This document shows, one piece after another, positions 1 to 10,130 of a stretch of 64,000 bases of DNA; positions within the stretch are counted from its first letter, which is position 1; the number at the start of each line of letters is the position of its first letter. The position numbers were made by a program, and so were the translations under genes. Origin of the DNA: Lentisphaerota bacterium (GTDB lineage: Bacteria > Verrucomicrobiota > Kiritimatiellia > UBA8416 > JABMPJ01); NCBI GenBank assembly GCA_013203785.1, contig JABMPJ010000047.1, positions 2,459 through 66,458 on the forward strand, in the 5' to 3' direction. The notes under the pieces were generated by a model that made no database searches, was not told where the DNA came from, and saw only the letters and a program-made list of their open reading frames with translations.

Positions 1-1814
1 CTCCCGCCATGGCCTCTGTAGGCGGCCACAACATCCGCCACCGTCGCGGTCGCCAGATCGCATACGACACCGGGCTCGAATGCATCGAGAGCGGCGCGCA
101 CGTCCGATGGAATAACCGCCCCCGCCGGAATCACCATGTGCGAATAGGATGAGCCCGTGCGGCTGATCAGTGGCCCGGCGACCGAACTGCCCGCGAGACC
201 GTCGCAAGAAGGGCGGGACAGGTTCAGGATGTCCGGATCGATCAGGTAGACGAACTCCACCTGACTATAGGTCAGCGCTTCAGCCAGGGCCGTGAGCCTG
301 TCGCCGATGGTATCATCGCACGCGTAGTAATTGGCCGACGGAACGTAGACCGCCAGCAACGGACCGGCGGGGGTGCCCTCACTAATCAGGCGAGCCACGG
401 TCTCGATGCGGTCACCGAAGCAGGTGCCGAAGCGCTGAATGATGGGGTTGTGATCCGATAGCTCGGGCGGATGAAAATAGTACGACTTCTCCCGGTTGTA
501 GTTGCTGAGTTTGCAGAAGAACGTATTCACGCCGCGCATGAGCTGATGCTCACAGACATAGCGCATGTGGTTCAGATCGGTACCGTGCCCATACACGGCA
601 AACGACTCACTCATGGCCCGTGGATGGCCATGCACGGAAGCACTCGATCCTGGCAGGCGGGGAAAATCCAGAAACAAGCCGGGTTCAATGCGCCCCCCCC
701 ACCCTCCCGCGCTGTCCACGCCAGGAACATCGGCGAAACGCATGTTCTTGAAGAAGTGGCCGCCAGTGGAAAGGATCTCATGGAGGCTGTTGTCGCCGAT
801 TTGATGCCCGGCCGCCATGACCCCATGCGCGTGGCACCATGTCTGAATCGTTCGGTAGAACGTCTCAGCCACCAGGGAGGTCCACACATCCCGATAGTCC
901 GCCGTCGCCGGATCCACCGGTGGGTGGCGCTCAGCCATAACGGCGATAAGGTGATCGCATAGATCGTAGCCCTTCAGCTCTCTGAAGCGCGCCGCAAAGT
1001 CCTGCGTCCAGGGCCTATCCGTCGGGACCATGGGTTCATCGTAGAAGAACCCCTTCAGCGTGTTCCCGAAGAACTCCGGGACCGCCTGCCAATAGCGCTC
1101 GTGGATCAACTCAACGTACTGCGCGATCGCGTCCGGGTTCATCATGTCGACTGACCAGACCTCGGCATCTTCGCAGGTCTTGATGTCGCATTGCACCTCA
1201 TCCAGCTCCGGATCCAGGAACTCGGCGTGGGACCGGGTCGTATGCTGCATGCCGGATCGATAGGCCCACCCGACCGTCATGATCCGTGTGCGCGCCTCGG
1301 CGACCCGCTGGATGGTGTCGCCCGCGGAGACGGGGAGTGCTTCCGCATATCCGCCATCGGGGAAACCGAATTTGTCGACCGAGAAGCAGCGGGCCGAGAG
1401 GGTGCGCGGCGGGATCACCGCATGAATGGGTTCACCGGCCTCCACAATGAAGTTGAGGGTGACCTGCAACTCCTTCGCCCGATGAGCCGGGTTCTCCGTC
1501 GCCTTGCCACCTGCCGGGCCACTGCTGAACAACCAATCATCCCAGAGCCATATGTCCAGCCCTACAGCCTGAGCCGTAACCAGAATGAACCGCACGAACT
1601 CAAGCCATTCGTCACACATGAAGTCATAGGGCAACCCGCCCCACGGCATCACCATCACGCCGCCATAGCCGGACGCCTTGAATGCATTGAGTTGACGCTC
1701 CAGCTCCGACGTGTCCAGCACGTCATTCATCGCCCACACAATGATGGGGCGATAGCTGAACGTCGGATCTGCTTCGTCAGGTATCTCTGGAAGCCGAATA
1801 TCCATGGGCTCCAT
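1..1814 (-). CDS. Glycoside-hydrolase-like TIM-barrel protein, paralog 1 (5'-partial in window; C-terminus beyond window start)
   Basis: My reverse-strand translation from the ATG at 1812-1814 gives MEPMDIRLPEIPDEADPTFSYRPIIVWAMNDV...GYGGVMVMPWGG...LDIWLWDDWLFSSG, which stays open to position 1. It carries the same N-terminal motif set (S[FY]RP..FW.WN, GGV, WLYDED..PSG) as the ORFs at 2016..5159 and 13705..16620. It is absent from the ORF track because it has no stop inside the window. GH family not assigned (possibly GH106-like; uncertain). Confidence 0.6.
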   Translation of the reverse strand, partial: MEPMDIRLPEIPDEADPTFSYRPIIVWAMNDVLDTSELERQLNAFKASGYGGVMVMPWGGLPYDFMCDEWLEFVRFILVTAQAVGLDIWLWDDWLFSSGPAGGKATENPAHRAKELQVTLNFIVEAGEPIHAVIPPRTLSARCFSVDKFGFPDGGYAEALPVSAGDTIQRVAEARTRIMTVGWAYRSGMQHTTRSHAEFLDPELDEVQCDIKTCEDAEVWSVDMMNPDAIAQYVELIHERYWQAVPEFFGNTLKGFFYDEPMVPTDRPWTQDFAARFRELKGYDLCDHLIAVMAERHPPVDPATADYRDVWTSLVAETFYRTIQTWCHAHGVMAAGHQIGDNSLHEILSTGGHFFKNMRFADVPGVDSAGGWGGRIEPGLFLDFPRLPGSSASVHGHPRAMSESFAVYGHGTDLNHMRYVCEHQLMRGVNTFFCKLSNYNREKSYYFHPPELSDHNPIIQRFGTCFGDRIETVARLISEGTPAGPLLAVYVPSANYYACDDTIGDRLTALAEALTYSQVEFVYLIDPDILNLSRPSCDGLAGSSVAGPLISRTGSSYSHMVIPAGAVIPSDVRAALDAFEPGVVCDLATATVADVVAAYRGHGG

Positions 1815-2015
1815 GATCTTGGTTTGCGGATACATTTGGCAAGACCATAAACAGCAGACCGGCTTGCGCACGGCAACATGGCACAAGCAGAGGCGTTAAC
1901 GGGCCGCACGCCGAGCCGCATATTCGATCGCCAATAACCCATTGACATCGCCAGAAGGTTCTGTCTGAATGCCCCGCCAACGGAAAACAGTAGAGACAGA
2001 CAAGGCGGACACCTG

Positions 2016-5000
2016 ATGTCGACATGCGCTTATCCTCCTGATACAGAGCTATTTACAGAGCCACCCACCTCATTCCGCCCGGTTCCTTTCTGGAGTTGGA
2101 ACGAGGTCATGGAGCCGGACGAAGTGCGGCGACAGGTGAACCTTTTCGCCGAGGCCGGTGTGGGTGGTGTCATGATTCACAGCCGGGCCGGACTCATCAC
2201 ACCCTACATGGGCGACGCATGGTTCGAGGCGGTGGACGCAGCCGTGGACCAGGCCGAGCAGTGCGGCATTCACGTGTGGCTCTACGATGAGGATAAGTGG
2301 CCCAGCGGCTTCAGCGGCGGCGAGGTCGTCGCCGAACACCCGGAGTTTCGGATGCGCGCTTTGACGGTCCGTCCCACCACCGCCGCACCGCCGCCTGACT
2401 GTACGCCCATCGGTGAACCTGTGGACGGGTTGCGCGTCTATGCGTGGCAGAGCCCGCTCGGACACGAACATTTCAACGGCACCTGCTATGCCTCGCTGCT
2501 CAACCCGCAAGCGATGCGTCGTTTTCTCGACCTGGCGTACGAGCCCTACGCTGAGCGGTACGGATCGCGATTCGGCGGGATGATGCCGGCCATCTTTACA
2601 GACGAGCCTGCCGCCATTTTCCGGCGGCGCATTGTGCATCCCGCGCTGCCCTATGCCACCAACGTTCCGGAAGGCTTCGAACAGATGTTCGGCTATGACC
2701 CGCTGCCGCACCTCACCAAGCTCTTCATTGAAACCGAGGGCTACTCACTGTTCCGCCTGCACTACCACCGCGTGATCAACCATCTGTTCGAGACCAGTTT
2801 TACGCAGCAACTGGGCGACTGGTGTCGTGCCCACGCGATCGCCTTCACAGGTCATTTTGAATACGAGCAGGGACTTTTTGAGCAGCAGCTCTGGGGCGTG
2901 GACATCATGCCCAACTACCGCCACATGGATATTCCGGGCATTGACCATCTGGGGTGCCAAATCCACGAGCGTGTCACGGCGATTCAATGCCGCAGTGTGG
3001 CCAACCAATACGGCAAGCCGCGCGTGATGAGCGAACTCTATGGGGCCTCCAGCCAGGACCTCACCTTCGAGGATCGGAAATGGATTGCTGAACAGCAGCT
3101 CTGCCTTGGCGTCAACCAGTTCATCCCCCATCTCGCGCTCTACACCATGAGCGGTTGCCGCAAGCGTGATTTTCCTCCGACGCTCTCACCGCAACAGCCC
3201 TGGTGGCCGATGAACCGCCTGTTCGACGATTCACTCAGCCGCCTCTGTGCCATGCTCGCCCAAGGCCAGTACCAGGCCGAAATCGCCGTCCTGCATCCGC
3301 AAGAGAGTATTCCGCTGCACTGGACACCCCGCATAGACGAGACCCAATTCGACGGCCTGCTTGAGTACGATGATGAGCCACTGCAACCGGACCGTGCAGC
3401 CCAGATCGAGGGCATCAACCAGGACTTTAAGACGCTGACCGACACGTTGCTAGGTCTCCAGCGCACGTTCGATTATGTGCACGAAAAACTGTTTGAGGAA
3501 GACGGGCACATCGAGCAGACAAGCGACGGCCCGCGGCTGGTCATGGGGCAGGCCAGCTATCCCTTGGTCGTAATGCCTTCCATGACGACGATCCGGCCAC
3601 ACACACTTGAGCGACTGCTTGAGTTCACTGCGGCTGGCGGAACCGTGATTCAAACCGGCCAGTTCCCTGCGCTGGTGGACGCCATACCGGATGAGCGCCT
3701 GCATGCATTGAAGCGGGTGGTCCAGACCGTCGCGGGCTGCGACGACCTACCGTCTGTGCTTGCGACCGCGCTCCCGGCGGCCGTAGAGGTCGACGGGCAT
3801 CCCGAGCATCTCTGGATTCACCGTCGCCATGTGGGTACACAGCGCATGCTCTTCCTCGTGAACCTGTCGCGCCGCGCCGCCGCAGAGGTCAACCTGCGTT
3901 GGCGCGACATCGGCGGTCTGCATGTGGAGCGACTGGACCCCGCAGATGGGAGCCGCCACCCGCAATGGGTTGAGCCGTGCGACGGCGACGGCCTGATGGT
4001 CTTCACACTGGCGCCCGGCGAGAGTCGTCTGTTCACGGCAGCCCCCGCTGCCGTGAGCACAGACGCGCTGGCCTCCCCACACCCAACCGTACACCCGCGG
4101 ACAGAACCCGAGTCCCTCTCCCCCACACATATTGAGCGACTGGATGACAATGCCCTGCTTCTCGACCAGGCCTACTACCGGCTGGGCGAGCAGCCGTGGT
4201 CGGAGCGCCCCGTACCGGTCATTGCCATCCAGGAATACCTCGACGGCCGCCACTACGACGGCCCGCTGAGCCTGCGCTTCATGATCGAGAGCGAACTGAC
4301 GAGTCGACGCAAGGTACACCTGATCGCCGAGAAACCCGCCACGTGGCAGATCACACTCAATGAGCAACCGGTATCGTATGAAGGCCTGCCCTTCTGGCGC
4401 GATATCCGCTGGTTGCCCATCGATGTCAGCGGTGGGATGCAGCGCGGCACGAATGTGATCGAATGTCACACCGACCGGTTCCAAGCCGGTGACTTGTGCT
4501 GCTTTGACGATCCGGCGGCGCGCTACGGGACCGAAGTGGAACCGTTGATATTGATTGGTGACTTTGGGGTGGCGGGTGCCCCCGGCGGCGAACGACCGGC
4601 TTGTCCGCTGTGGGAGCAGTACGACCTACCGCCGCCGCAAAGCCACTGCCTGGCGGGCCCCTTCATGCTGGTGGACCCCCATCCGCTCGTCCTCGGAGAC
4701 GTCATCTGCCAGGGGCTGCCCTTCTATGCCGGCCGACTGCGCTATGACTATCGCAGCGGGCTGAGCGCACGCGCCGCCACGTTGAGACTCGATGGACTGG
4801 AGGCCTGCGTGGCTGACGTGTCGAGCCAGGGGCAATCGCTCGGCGGCATCAGTGCGGCACCCTATACATTGCGCCTCAAAGGTGGAGCGGAGGAGCACAC
4901 GGAGTTTTCGGTCACGCTCTTCAATTCGCTGCGTAACCTTCTCGGCCCGCATCACCATCCGCAGGGACTCATGCCGGTCGATTACCCGGGTGCCTACACC

Positions 5001-5159
5001 GCCGATCCCTATCGCGTGCGCCGTCCGGATGGCTCGGAAAAAGCATGGATCTTCACGATGGAACGGGGCGAAACGCATCCGGATTGGAACCCGCACTATG
5101 CCTTCCGTCAATACGGCCTGATCAATCCCGTGTGGCTGGAGGTAGACACCATCGCCTAA
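2016..5159 (+). CDS. Glycoside-hydrolase-like TIM-barrel protein, paralog 2 (1047 aa)
   Basis: ATG at 2016. N-terminal motifs RPVPFWSWNE, GVGGVMIHSRAG and HVWLYDEDKWPSGF are shared with the other two paralogs. Divergently arranged with paralog 1, with a 200-bp shared promoter region. Exact CAZy family not determinable by eye. Confidence 0.75.
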   Translation: MSTCAYPPDTELFTEPPTSFRPVPFWSWNEVMEPDEVRRQVNLFAEAGVGGVMIHSRAGLITPYMGDAWFEAVDAAVDQAEQCGIHVWLYDEDKWPSGFSGGEVVAEHPEFRMRALTVRPTTAAPPPDCTPIGEPVDGLRVYAWQSPLGHEHFNGTCYASLLNPQAMRRFLDLAYEPYAERYGSRFGGMMPAIFTDEPAAIFRRRIVHPALPYATNVPEGFEQMFGYDPLPHLTKLFIETEGYSLFRLHYHRVINHLFETSFTQQLGDWCRAHAIAFTGHFEYEQGLFEQQLWGVDIMPNYRHMDIPGIDHLGCQIHERVTAIQCRSVANQYGKPRVMSELYGASSQDLTFEDRKWIAEQQLCLGVNQFIPHLALYTMSGCRKRDFPPTLSPQQPWWPMNRLFDDSLSRLCAMLAQGQYQAEIAVLHPQESIPLHWTPRIDETQFDGLLEYDDEPLQPDRAAQIEGINQDFKTLTDTLLGLQRTFDYVHEKLFEEDGHIEQTSDGPRLVMGQASYPLVVMPSMTTIRPHTLERLLEFTAAGGTVIQTGQFPALVDAIPDERLHALKRVVQTVAGCDDLPSVLATALPAAVEVDGHPEHLWIHRRHVGTQRMLFLVNLSRRAAAEVNLRWRDIGGLHVERLDPADGSRHPQWVEPCDGDGLMVFTLAPGESRLFTAAPAAVSTDALASPHPTVHPRTEPESLSPTHIERLDDNALLLDQAYYRLGEQPWSERPVPVIAIQEYLDGRHYDGPLSLRFMIESELTSRRKVHLIAEKPATWQITLNEQPVSYEGLPFWRDIRWLPIDVSGGMQRGTNVIECHTDRFQAGDLCCFDDPAARYGTEVEPLILIGDFGVAGAPGGERPACPLWEQYDLPPPQSHCLAGPFMLVDPHPLVLGDVICQGLPFYAGRLRYDYRSGLSARAATLRLDGLEACVADVSSQGQSLGGISAAPYTLRLKGGAEEHTEFSVTLFNSLRNLLGPHHHPQGLMPVDYPGAYTADPYRVRRPDGSEKAWIFTMERGETHPDWNPHYAFRQYGLINPVWLEVDTIA

Positions 5160-5251
5160 GGCTACGGCGAACAGGAGGGGCGTTAGAGGGGCGCGTCACT
5201 CAGGAAAGACCGTGAATTCCGAACGGGCTGACAAGACCTACGGGGCTAGAA

Positions 5252-7567
5252 TCACTCGTTTGTGGGAGACCAGAACATGACCGGCGCAACGATGCCGCCG
5301 GTGCCGAGCTCGCTCAGCGTTATGTTGCTGACCTTGACCGCAATGGTGTTGCTTTCACCAAAGCGAACTGCATCGCTGGCATCCAGCTCGAAAGGAAGGA
5401 ACGTGCCGGGTACACCCGGCAGACCGTTCCCCGGGTTGGCGCTGGTCCCGAGCAGCTGGCCGTTCAGCCACACCGTAGCGGCTTCGTCGATGCCGCCAAA
5501 CCAGAGGAAGACCTTCCGGCCTTTGAAGCGAGCGGGGATCTCCACCTGCGTGCGGTACCAGACCAACCCTTTGAAATAATGCAGGCCCTGGTCGCTCCAG
5601 CTTGCGGTCTTCGTACGCAGGCGCCCCCAGTTACCGCCGATGTGGCCATCGCGAAACCACTGGGCTGACTCGCCAATGTCGGTCAGGTCGGCCAGGAAAC
5701 CCCATTCATCCGGGCAGCCCGCCACAAATTCTCCGCGGACGGCCAGGCGCTCGTAGCCACTCTCGGTGGTGGGCGACCAGAAGCGTGTGATATAGGACTG
5801 CGCACTGCGCCACCACAACGCGCGCGCTTCGGTGTCCGGCCGCTTCTCACCGATCGGATCATCACCAGGTGGATTGGGATACAAACGAAAATCGACCATC
5901 GTAGCGGTCAACTCGCGCAGTCTCTCCAACGCCTTCTGCGACGAGACAAAATCGAAGCGGTTGCGCGTGTCCAGCAGTTCCAGGAAGGCCTCCAAGCGGT
6001 CGTAGTTGAGTCGAATCAGAGCCACACGCTGCGCAAACACCGTCCCCGACCCCGCTTGCTGTGCCGCGGCGTCCAGCAGTTTCCGTCCGCGCGCCATACG
6101 TTCAGGGGTAAAGACCGTGGCCGTGCTGAACGCGCCACCGGTGTGCGCATCGGTGTCGCGGAACCCGTGATCGATCATCGTCACATACTCGCCCATCGGT
6201 TGGGCGGCCGGACCGAAGAAGCCCGTATAGAACTCCTGCAGGAGCGCATCCACGTCGGTGTCCACGGCCCACATCAGCCGGGCCGCCACGTACAACATGG
6301 GCGTGTCAGGCACCCAGCCCGGCATGCATTCGACCCGCCAGCCCTTAACCCCGGCTCTGTGGGCCACGGGGGTTTCGTCCCGAATCGCGTGCACCTTGCT
6401 GAACGGCAAGTTCGGGGATGCCAGGTTGAAGTAGTAGCCACGCTCGTACACGTCGGGCACGAGCTTGCCCCATTCGACCATCAGGGTCTTGTAGAAGGAT
6501 CGATCAGGGCAGATCGGGTTGGACATGCCGTGAATGCGGCAGAGCGTGATAGGTGCCAGGGCGGGTACGATATGCGGATCCGGCGTGTGTTTGCGCGGGG
6601 GCAGTTTGTAGGCGTGGTAGGCGTAGAAGCCAATCTGCTTGCCGGGATATGTCTTGTGGACTTCGGCCAGGATGCGGTTGAACAGCCAGACGTAGCGGTC
6701 CGTCATGGACGCTTCGGCGGCATAGGGGTCCCACTCACCGGCGTCAAGCGCCCGGCAGTCATCGCACTCGCAGAATCCACCACCATCGTTGGGCCCCATC
6801 CCGATCCAGGGCTCATCCGGGTGTTTCGCAAAATAGTCCAGCACGTATGCCGTCGCACGGCTCACGAGCTCGGGATTGCTTACGCAAACCTGCCCCTTTG
6901 ATCGCTCGCCGTCGCGAAGCGCGAAGAGGTCGGGCTCCTTCGCGATGTCTGCACGCGGCAGCGTGGGTATACCATGCGAAGAAGGGAAGAACAGACCGCC
7001 CAAGCGCTGACGTCGAACCCAAGGAAGCTGCGAAGAAACACCCAGATGCCGCGCAGGAAATGACGGGGCATAGACCGTCCTGCCTGCAGGCAGCGCGAGG
7101 GTCGGGGCCTTGGGGATGACGGCACCCAGGTCGCCCGGCATATACCAGCGCACACCGAGCTGTTCAAGCAGCTCGTACGCCGCAAAGAGCGTGCCTTCGG
7201 GCGAAAGGCCCGCGAGGCCCACTCCGTCGGGCGCGACGGACACCCGATAGGCGGCCGGATCTTTGCTCTCGGCTTCGATCTCGGTTTGCGCACCGGGTGT
7301 AAGCGACAGCCCGATCCGGATGGGTAGCAATGTGCCAGACGCGCTACCGCGCACGATCTCCAGCGTCGCGCCTGCCATCTTCTCAATATGGTCCTGTAGT
7401 TCACGCGCAGCCAATTCCTCGTCCGCGTGCGCTTGATCCGGCAGCACCAGCGCCGCAGCCGGTTGACCGTCCCTGGTCAGAAACACATCAGCGTTCATAC
7501 TCGCCTCCGCCGCCCAGCATCCCGCCAGGACAAGCATGCTACACATCCACACCACGCGCATCACCAT
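5252..7567 (-). CDS. Secreted DUF4838/GH20-like putative glycosidase with C-terminal galactose-binding-like domain (paralog A)
   Basis: Signal peptide MVMRVVWMCSMLVLAGCWAAEA. Motif DGGGFCECDDCRAL is shared with the next two genes. The C-terminus resembles a GH2-type sugar-binding jelly-roll. Start set at the ATG at 7567, preceded by AAAGAGGGG (the ORF track's longer start is at 7585). Confidence 0.7.
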   Translation of the reverse strand: MVMRVVWMCSMLVLAGCWAAEASMNADVFLTRDGQPAAALVLPDQAHADEELAARELQDHIEKMAGATLEIVRGSASGTLLPIRIGLSLTPGAQTEIEAESKDPAAYRVSVAPDGVGLAGLSPEGTLFAAYELLEQLGVRWYMPGDLGAVIPKAPTLALPAGRTVYAPSFPARHLGVSSQLPWVRRQRLGGLFFPSSHGIPTLPRADIAKEPDLFALRDGERSKGQVCVSNPELVSRATAYVLDYFAKHPDEPWIGMGPNDGGGFCECDDCRALDAGEWDPYAAEASMTDRYVWLFNRILAEVHKTYPGKQIGFYAYHAYKLPPRKHTPDPHIVPALAPITLCRIHGMSNPICPDRSFYKTLMVEWGKLVPDVYERGYYFNLASPNLPFSKVHAIRDETPVAHRAGVKGWRVECMPGWVPDTPMLYVAARLMWAVDTDVDALLQEFYTGFFGPAAQPMGEYVTMIDHGFRDTDAHTGGAFSTATVFTPERMARGRKLLDAAAQQAGSGTVFAQRVALIRLNYDRLEAFLELLDTRNRFDFVSSQKALERLRELTATMVDFRLYPNPPGDDPIGEKRPDTEARALWWRSAQSYITRFWSPTTESGYERLAVRGEFVAGCPDEWGFLADLTDIGESAQWFRDGHIGGNWGRLRTKTASWSDQGLHYFKGLVWYRTQVEIPARFKGRKVFLWFGGIDEAATVWLNGQLLGTSANPGNGLPGVPGTFLPFELDASDAVRFGESNTIAVKVSNITLSELGTGGIVAPVMFWSPTNE

Positions 7568-7588
7568 CGTATTCCCCTCTTTCATTGT

Positions 7589-10108
7589 TCACTGACTCTC
7601 TATCGATACGCGGGGAAGCACCAGCTGCTCAGCGGTCTTTGCCAGGAACGGCGGCACGTTGAGGAGGTAGATATTCCCCAGCACGTTGTCGACCTTCCAC
7701 AGTTGATCATCCATGCCCGCAGGCACTACGACACTCAGAAATTCTCCAGTACGATTGCCGCCGAGATCGAGTACCGGGTTGCCGTCGGGCTGGAGCAGGC
7801 TGCCTGCACTGGCCGCTGAATACAGTCCGATTCGCTTGGTGCCTTTGGGGACGTAGAAATAGAGGTGCCAGCGGCCGTGCATTGACTGGGGATGGTCATC
7901 CATCGCCATCTTCCAACTGATCCACTGCCCTTCCGGCCACGTGACTCGGGTCAGATCACCGCCGTCATCGAGATCAATGCGGTACGTGCCGGGATCCTTC
8001 AGGGCGAGTGTGACGGTGTGCTCGTTTCCGTCTGGAGGTACCGAGCTATCTTCCGCGACGAGCGTCTTCCGCTCGCCCGTCTCGCTGGCACCCCCAAGTT
8101 TCCACACTTGGATCTTCACATGGCCCCGGTCGCGGTAGTAGGGAATCAAGCCACCGGTGATCGTCAGCTCAATCTCTGCGGGAGCGGATTCGACCACGGT
8201 AAACCAGGATCGTGAGCTGCGAGCTGTTTCGGCTTTGCCAGCTGCGAGTATGGCAAACTCCCGTCCCTTTGTCGCCGGCACGAGATCCTCATCACTGAAT
8301 TCCTTCGGCTCGAAATCGAGTTCGACGGGTTGATGAGCGGCCATGGCATCGTGAAGCATGGCCGCTATCTCCTCCTTCGAGAAGGGCTCGCTCGATTTCC
8401 ACGGGTTGTTTGCTTCCGGGACGGTCCACGTGGCCTCGTCGGGAACGACGATGGATTTGTCGCGCGTATGTACATCGCGATAGAGTGCAAGACTGTCAAC
8501 CATATGGGTGCCGCGTATGCGGTAGGCATGCTGGATCATGGCCTCATAGGCCGACTGTCGCTCCTCGCCCCTGGAAACGCGATACCGATCATACAGCTCC
8601 GCATGCCGCGTGTAGAGGACGAGATCATCGATCCGACGTTGTACAGCCTCATCGGCTCCAGCCAACACGCGTGCCTCGGACAGACGCCGGAACATGCGTG
8701 CCAGTAGATCGGCAAACACCAACTGCGCCTGCTTGTTGGAACCGTCAATGAGGGCATAGAATGCGCGCATGGGCTCCTTTGCTCCTCCGAAACACCGCTC
8801 CAGAAAGTCCTCTACGATTTCATCGCGCCGCTTCGCCGCTTCAACGTCCCACAGCACGCGCGACGCATAGTAGTACCCCAGCCCGTTGCAGCCCCAGTTC
8901 TCACTGGCTTGGGAACTCATGTAGCGTATGCCTCGCGCATGGAAATCAGGAATGGTCTCCGACAGGTAATCGAGATTGCTGCCGCGCGCACGTCCCGGCA
9001 TATCACGGTCCCAGGTGGAGACGCTGTAGTATTCGCGCACACCCAGTGTGGCGCCTTTCTCGGCCCAACCGGCTATGATGTCCTCTACCTTGAGGCCATT
9101 CTTGATGAACGCCGTTGCCACTGAGATGACCACGTTGGGGTGCACACGCAAATGTGGGGGCGTTGAATGTACGTTGTAGGCATACATTCCCACGAGCTTA
9201 CCGGGGAAGGTCTCCTGCACGGCCGCCGCGACGTCGTTGGCCAGCAGCAACGCCCGGTCACTGGCCGGGCCGATGGCCTGACAGCGCTCGCATTCGCACC
9301 ACCCCCCGCCATCACTGGGATCCACAGAAACGCAATCCGCTTCGGGGTCGTTCTCAAAATACGCCAACGCATCGTCGACCACCACACGGCGCAGGTCGGG
9401 ATTTCCAATGCACAACTTCGCCTGGGGGGTGACATTCCGTTCGCCATTGAGCAAGGCGTAGTACTCGGGATGGGCATCGAACGCAGCCTGCTGGTGCCGA
9501 ATGATACGCCCGTAGGCGTGGCCCGTGACGATTTTTACCCCGTTGGCCATTCGGTTGCGCCGGTTCCACTCCTGCCAGGCCTCGTGATCGTTGCCCCACG
9601 ATCCATAGCCGTACCAGATGCGACGAGCCTGGTAATCGGGTGCCTCCGCGATATTGAGCGCTATGGCCAGGGAGTTGGTTTGTGGAATGACCTCCCACGT
9701 CTTCCCAGGGAAGAACTGTCGATAGCCGAAACGGTGGAGCAGATCCCATACGGCATGCTCAAGCGCCAGATCCGTGACGCCGATCAAGGTCAGGCCATCC
9801 GCGTCCGACCGAATCGAGTAGTGTTCACGCGCCGAGATTTCCGGTCGCGGTCCCTCAGCTATTCTCAGATGAATGGCAGGCACTTGAGGTGCGTTGGTTG
9901 CGATCATGAATACAGCACCTGAGAGCCTCCCAAGCATGTCGGCCAGCGACGCGGCCGTCGCCTGATGGCGCGGTGAAGCTTCGGCAGGAATCACAATGGA
10001 TAGACGGGCTTCCCCGCCTTCCGCCAGAACCACTCGAGGGGGCGCTTCAGCCATGGCCACAACGGGAATGAACAGCAACAGGAGACAGCGAATGAGAGTG
10101 CGTTTCAT
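7589..10108 (-). CDS. Secreted DUF4838/GH20-like putative glycosidase (paralog B)
   Basis: Signal peptide MKRTLIRCLLLLFIPVVAMA from the ATG at 10106-10108. Motif DGGGWCECERCQAIG. Tandem with paralogs A and C on the same strand, with 3-22 bp spacers. Confidence 0.7.
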   Translation of the reverse strand: MKRTLIRCLLLLFIPVVAMAEAPPRVVLAEGGEARLSIVIPAEASPRHQATAASLADMLGRLSGAVFMIATNAPQVPAIHLRIAEGPRPEISAREHYSIRSDADGLTLIGVTDLALEHAVWDLLHRFGYRQFFPGKTWEVIPQTNSLAIALNIAEAPDYQARRIWYGYGSWGNDHEAWQEWNRRNRMANGVKIVTGHAYGRIIRHQQAAFDAHPEYYALLNGERNVTPQAKLCIGNPDLRRVVVDDALAYFENDPEADCVSVDPSDGGGWCECERCQAIGPASDRALLLANDVAAAVQETFPGKLVGMYAYNVHSTPPHLRVHPNVVISVATAFIKNGLKVEDIIAGWAEKGATLGVREYYSVSTWDRDMPGRARGSNLDYLSETIPDFHARGIRYMSSQASENWGCNGLGYYYASRVLWDVEAAKRRDEIVEDFLERCFGGAKEPMRAFYALIDGSNKQAQLVFADLLARMFRRLSEARVLAGADEAVQRRIDDLVLYTRHAELYDRYRVSRGEERQSAYEAMIQHAYRIRGTHMVDSLALYRDVHTRDKSIVVPDEATWTVPEANNPWKSSEPFSKEEIAAMLHDAMAAHQPVELDFEPKEFSDEDLVPATKGREFAILAAGKAETARSSRSWFTVVESAPAEIELTITGGLIPYYRDRGHVKIQVWKLGGASETGERKTLVAEDSSVPPDGNEHTVTLALKDPGTYRIDLDDGGDLTRVTWPEGQWISWKMAMDDHPQSMHGRWHLYFYVPKGTKRIGLYSAASAGSLLQPDGNPVLDLGGNRTGEFLSVVVPAGMDDQLWKVDNVLGNIYLLNVPPFLAKTAEQLVLPRVSIESQ

Positions 10109-10130
10109 GGTTTGTGGATCTTGCGGCCAA

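Noticed and set aside
2070-2711. 213-aa minus-strand ORF within GH-like paralog 2
   Set aside because: Antisense shadow of a gene whose plus-strand product is conserved across three paralogs.
6056-6901. 281-aa plus-strand ORF inside the DUF4838 paralog A region
   Set aside because: Antisense to a secreted protein-coding gene with a signal peptide and conserved CxCxxC motif. The composition is typical of high-GC shadow frames.
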